From a virus, in the IMG/VR virus record IMGVR_UViG_3300036759_000025, positions 1 through 64,000 of that record: a DNA stretch of 64,000 bases. The stretch is one strand, 5' to 3'. A program made the position numbers and the translations under genes. Of the stretch, positions 62,026 through 64,000 are shown one piece after another (positions within the stretch are counted from its first letter, which is position 1; every line of letters starts with the position of its first letter). The notes below the pieces were generated by a model, which saw nothing but the letters and a program-made list of their open reading frames with translations, was not told the DNA's origin and did not search any database.

Positions 62026-62419
62026 CAACCAGATTGGCAACGATGCCGAACAGCGCGCCATGGCCATCCTTCAGGGCCGTCGAGTTGGCGGCTCTGGTGG
62101 AGGTCGGTTCCTCAAGGGCGATGGATCAGACGGTGGCAAGTTCATTTACTTCGTCAAGGCCACCGAAACCATCCGAACGACTGCTGCCAGGGCTATTGCA
62201 AACCTATGGCGTGAGGCCGTCGTTGGTGCGCGCGGGCCAGCCGGTCACGGCGATGGCGCTAAGCCTGCGTTGATCTTCGAGCTAGAAGGCGAGTTGTTCC
62301 TGCTCTGTCGCCTCGAAGATCATGCCGATTTGGCAACAGCCAAGTTGACACCGTACATCGCTCCCAGTAGGGCGGCTGAACGTCGTCAACGCCTGCTCCA
62401 GCGCCCTTCAGAACGCTGA
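62015..62419 (+). CDS. hypothetical protein, possible Hjc/PD-(D/E)XK-like fold
   Basis: GNDAEQRAMAILQGRRVGGSGGG.RFLKGD...FIYFVKATE loosely resembles the G..E...L..G....SG...KgD...E.K nuclease layout, but with Phe in place of the acidic residue. Start uncertain (GTG 61985 or 62015). Confidence 0.3.
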   Translation: MRTSNQIGNDAEQRAMAILQGRRVGGSGGGRFLKGDGSDGGKFIYFVKATETIRTTAARAIANLWREAVVGARGPAGHGDGAKPALIFELEGELFLLCRLEDHADLATAKLTPYIAPSRAAERRQRLLQRPSER

Positions 62420-62427
62420 CTCTGGTA

Positions 62428-62451
62428 TCCTCCTGCTAACGCGCAGGAGGA
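62428..62451 (+). promoter_or_regulatory. hairpin sequestering the Shine-Dalgarno site of the hyper-basic protein gene
   Basis: TCCTCCTGC-taacgc-GCAGGAGGA (9 perfect bp). The 3' arm contains AGGAGG (62445-62450), the SD for ATG 62461. Confidence 0.5.
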
Positions 62452-62460
62452 ATCCCGATC

Positions 62461-62697
62461 ATGGCACGCCGGAAGGCCAGCAGGAGCCGTCGCAAGCGGC
62501 CCCCGAGCGGTATCTACATCAAGCCCGCCAACCGTGGGAAGCTCCGCAAGACCGCCAAGGTCAAGAAGGGTCGCAAGATCCCAGTTAGCAAGCTGCGTGC
62601 CATGAAGAAGTCCAAGAATCCCAAGACGCGCAAGCGGGCCACGTTCGCTCTGAACGCACGCAAGTGGAACAAGGGCGGTAGGAAGAAGAAGCGATAA
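62461..62697 (+). CDS. hyper-basic 78-aa protein (Lys/Arg about 40 percent)
   Basis: MARRKASRSRRKRPP...KKGRKIPVSKLRAMKKSKNPKTRKR...GGRKKKR. The AGGAGG SD lies 10 nt upstream and is embedded in a hairpin. Confidence 0.55.
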   Translation: MARRKASRSRRKRPPSGIYIKPANRGKLRKTAKVKKGRKIPVSKLRAMKKSKNPKTRKRATFALNARKWNKGGRKKKR

Positions 62698-62711
62698 CAA
62701 GGCGGCTGCTG

Positions 62712-63080
62712 ATGGCATCGAAGATAAGTCTCCTTCCCACCGCGCTGGATCTGGAACTCTATGCCGGTGATGGCGTTGCCTTGCGGCTTGCTGTCACCGA
62801 CACATCGCAGCAGCCAATGCAGTTGACAGGGGAGATCACAGCGCAGATCAGGAAGGCCAGGACGGATGCCGATTCCGCTGCCGACTGGGCTGCCGATCTC
62901 GCTGATGGTGACAACGGGATTGTGATCATCAGCTTGACAGGGGATCAGACAGCGGCGTTGATGAACGGATCTGACAAGTTCACTGGTGTTTGGGATGTGC
63001 AGTGGCAGGCCACCGACGCCGAGCCGGTGACGCTCATCCAAGGTGCAGTCTCCTGCCAGAGCGATGTCACCCGTCCCTGA
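62712..63080 (+). CDS. hypothetical beta-rich protein preceding a fibre gene
   Basis: 122 aa. No motif recognised. Confidence 0.45.
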   Translation: MASKISLLPTALDLELYAGDGVALRLAVTDTSQQPMQLTGEITAQIRKARTDADSAADWAADLADGDNGIVIISLTGDQTAALMNGSDKFTGVWDVQWQATDAEPVTLIQGAVSCQSDVTRP

Positions 63081-64000
63081 CTTCATCGTTGAGATCGAGC
63101 GCGTTCGCCCCGAGGCGTTCGTGCAAGTCGATCCAGTAGTAGATCTTGGCTTGGTGGTTGTCACTGATCCGACGATTGAGATCGTCGCTGGTGGCAACAT
63201 CGGTCAGCCAGGACCAGTAGGGCCAGAAGGTCCGCAAGGGCCACCAGGTAACAAGGGAGTTGATGGAACTGACGGACAGCAGGGACCAGCAGGACCGCAA
63301 GGACCACCGGGCTCGCAGGGGCCACAGGGCGATACAGGACCGCAAGGAGCACCTGGAGCGGTTGGAGCACCAGGACCGCAAGGTATCCAGGGCGATCCAG
63401 GTCCTCAGGGACCACAGGGGCCGCAGGGGAATACTGGACCAGCCGGGAGCCTAACTGGGCCAGCGGGTGGGGATCTCGCTGGCAACTACCCCAACCCGCA
63501 GGTTGTCAAAGCTGCCAATGACTTCAGCGTTGGCAATTCGCTGTCTGTCTCCAACCGCGCGTTCTTCAACCGCTACCTCAGTCTTGGCCAGAGTGCGTAC
63601 TTCAACCTCTGCGCCTACTCGGGCTTTGGCAGCCCAGTTACAGGAGCGTTCTGTCTGCGTACGAATGTGCGCAAGGGTGGCAACAAGGCGTTCAAGATCC
63701 ACCTCGACGGCTTCTCTTCTGACAGCAAAGATGGCATCTACCACTACGAGATCAGCGGGATCTCGTACACCAACTTCGGCAGTCTGGGTTACATCACCAC
63801 GAACAGCCGCCCACTGAAGGTGCGTGCTGCCTGGGGGCCGGGGCAGGGCGGTGGGGCTGACGCGCTCTATCTGATCATCGGTGACGTGGCGGATCAGTTC
63901 GGTAACCCTTATTGGCATTGCAGCTATGCCTTCTTCCAGGCTGCTTCGACAGCGCCGGACGGCACCGAAGCGGACTTCTTCCAGATCGATCAACGTACGT
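63064..64000 (+). CDS. collagen-like fibre protein (3' partial, runs off window)
   Basis: Not in the ORF track because no stop falls inside the window. The ATG 63064 product is [14 protein letters not shown]..., then 28 GXY triplets (63202-63453) and a globular C-terminal part still open at 64000. Confidence 0.65.
   Translation, partial: MSPVPDFIVEIERVRPEAFVQVDPVVDLGLVVVTDPTIEIVAGGNIGQPGPVGPEGPQGPPGNKGVDGTDGQQGPAGPQGPPGSQGPQGDTGPQGAPGAVGAPGPQGIQGDPGPQGPQGPQGNTGPAGSLTGPAGGDLAGNYPNPQVVKAANDFSVGNSLSVSNRAFFNRYLSLGQSAYFNLCAYSGFGSPVTGAFCLRTNVRKGGNKAFKIHLDGFSSDSKDGIYHYEISGISYTNFGSLGYITTNSRPLKVRAAWGPGQGGGADALYLIIGDVADQFGNPYWHCSYAFFQAASTAPDGTEADFFQIDQRT
63202..63453 (+). repeat. collagen GXY triplet array (28 triplets)
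   Basis: [84 protein letters not shown]. Confidence 0.9.

Overview
The window reads as a GC-rich genome segment of a tailed dsDNA phage with long-tailed, siphovirus-like gene content. It holds about 75 tightly packed ORFs. All sit on the + strand except one small zinc-ribbon gene. Junctions often overlap as ATGA or TGATG, and most starts have AGGAGG-type Shine-Dalgarno (SD) sites.

Module order:
- 0.03-8.5 kb: head and neck. A Mu gpI-like protease, a scaffold candidate, a lambda gpD-like decoration protein and a lambda gpE-like major capsid protein, then connectors, the major tail protein and chaperone-like genes.
- 8.5-9.0 kb: a collagen-like gene with a signal peptide.
- 9.1-16.6 kb: a 2501-aa tape measure protein (TMP) carrying two muralytic domains.
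- 16.6-27.8 kb: tail tip and fibre module, with collagen-like and tandem-domain fibres and two membrane-anchored proteins.
- 27.8-28.7 kb: a structured, low-coding junction between the late and early genes.
- 28.7-47.2 kb: replication and recombination. SF2 helicase, RNase H, DnaB, a NADAR protein, primase, an SSB candidate, dNMP kinase, a ThyX-like protein, Pol III alpha, a RecA-like protein, a free-standing LAGLIDADG endonuclease and a Cas4-like nuclease.
- 47.3-50.6 kb: a giant acidic protein, a RuvC-like resolvase and a zinc-ribbon protein.
- 50.6-56.0 kb: packaging. A TerS candidate, TerL and a portal-MuF fusion.
- 56-62.7 kb: small genes plus a cupin, DUF1653, dCTP deaminase, a CHAP/NlpC-like hydrolase and a MazG-like protein.
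- 62.7-64.0 kb: a second collagen-like fibre locus that runs off the window.

I recognised no integrase, repressor module, tRNA, rRNA, CRISPR array or reverse transcriptase. All family calls rest on motifs read by eye from the supplied translations. No database search was run.
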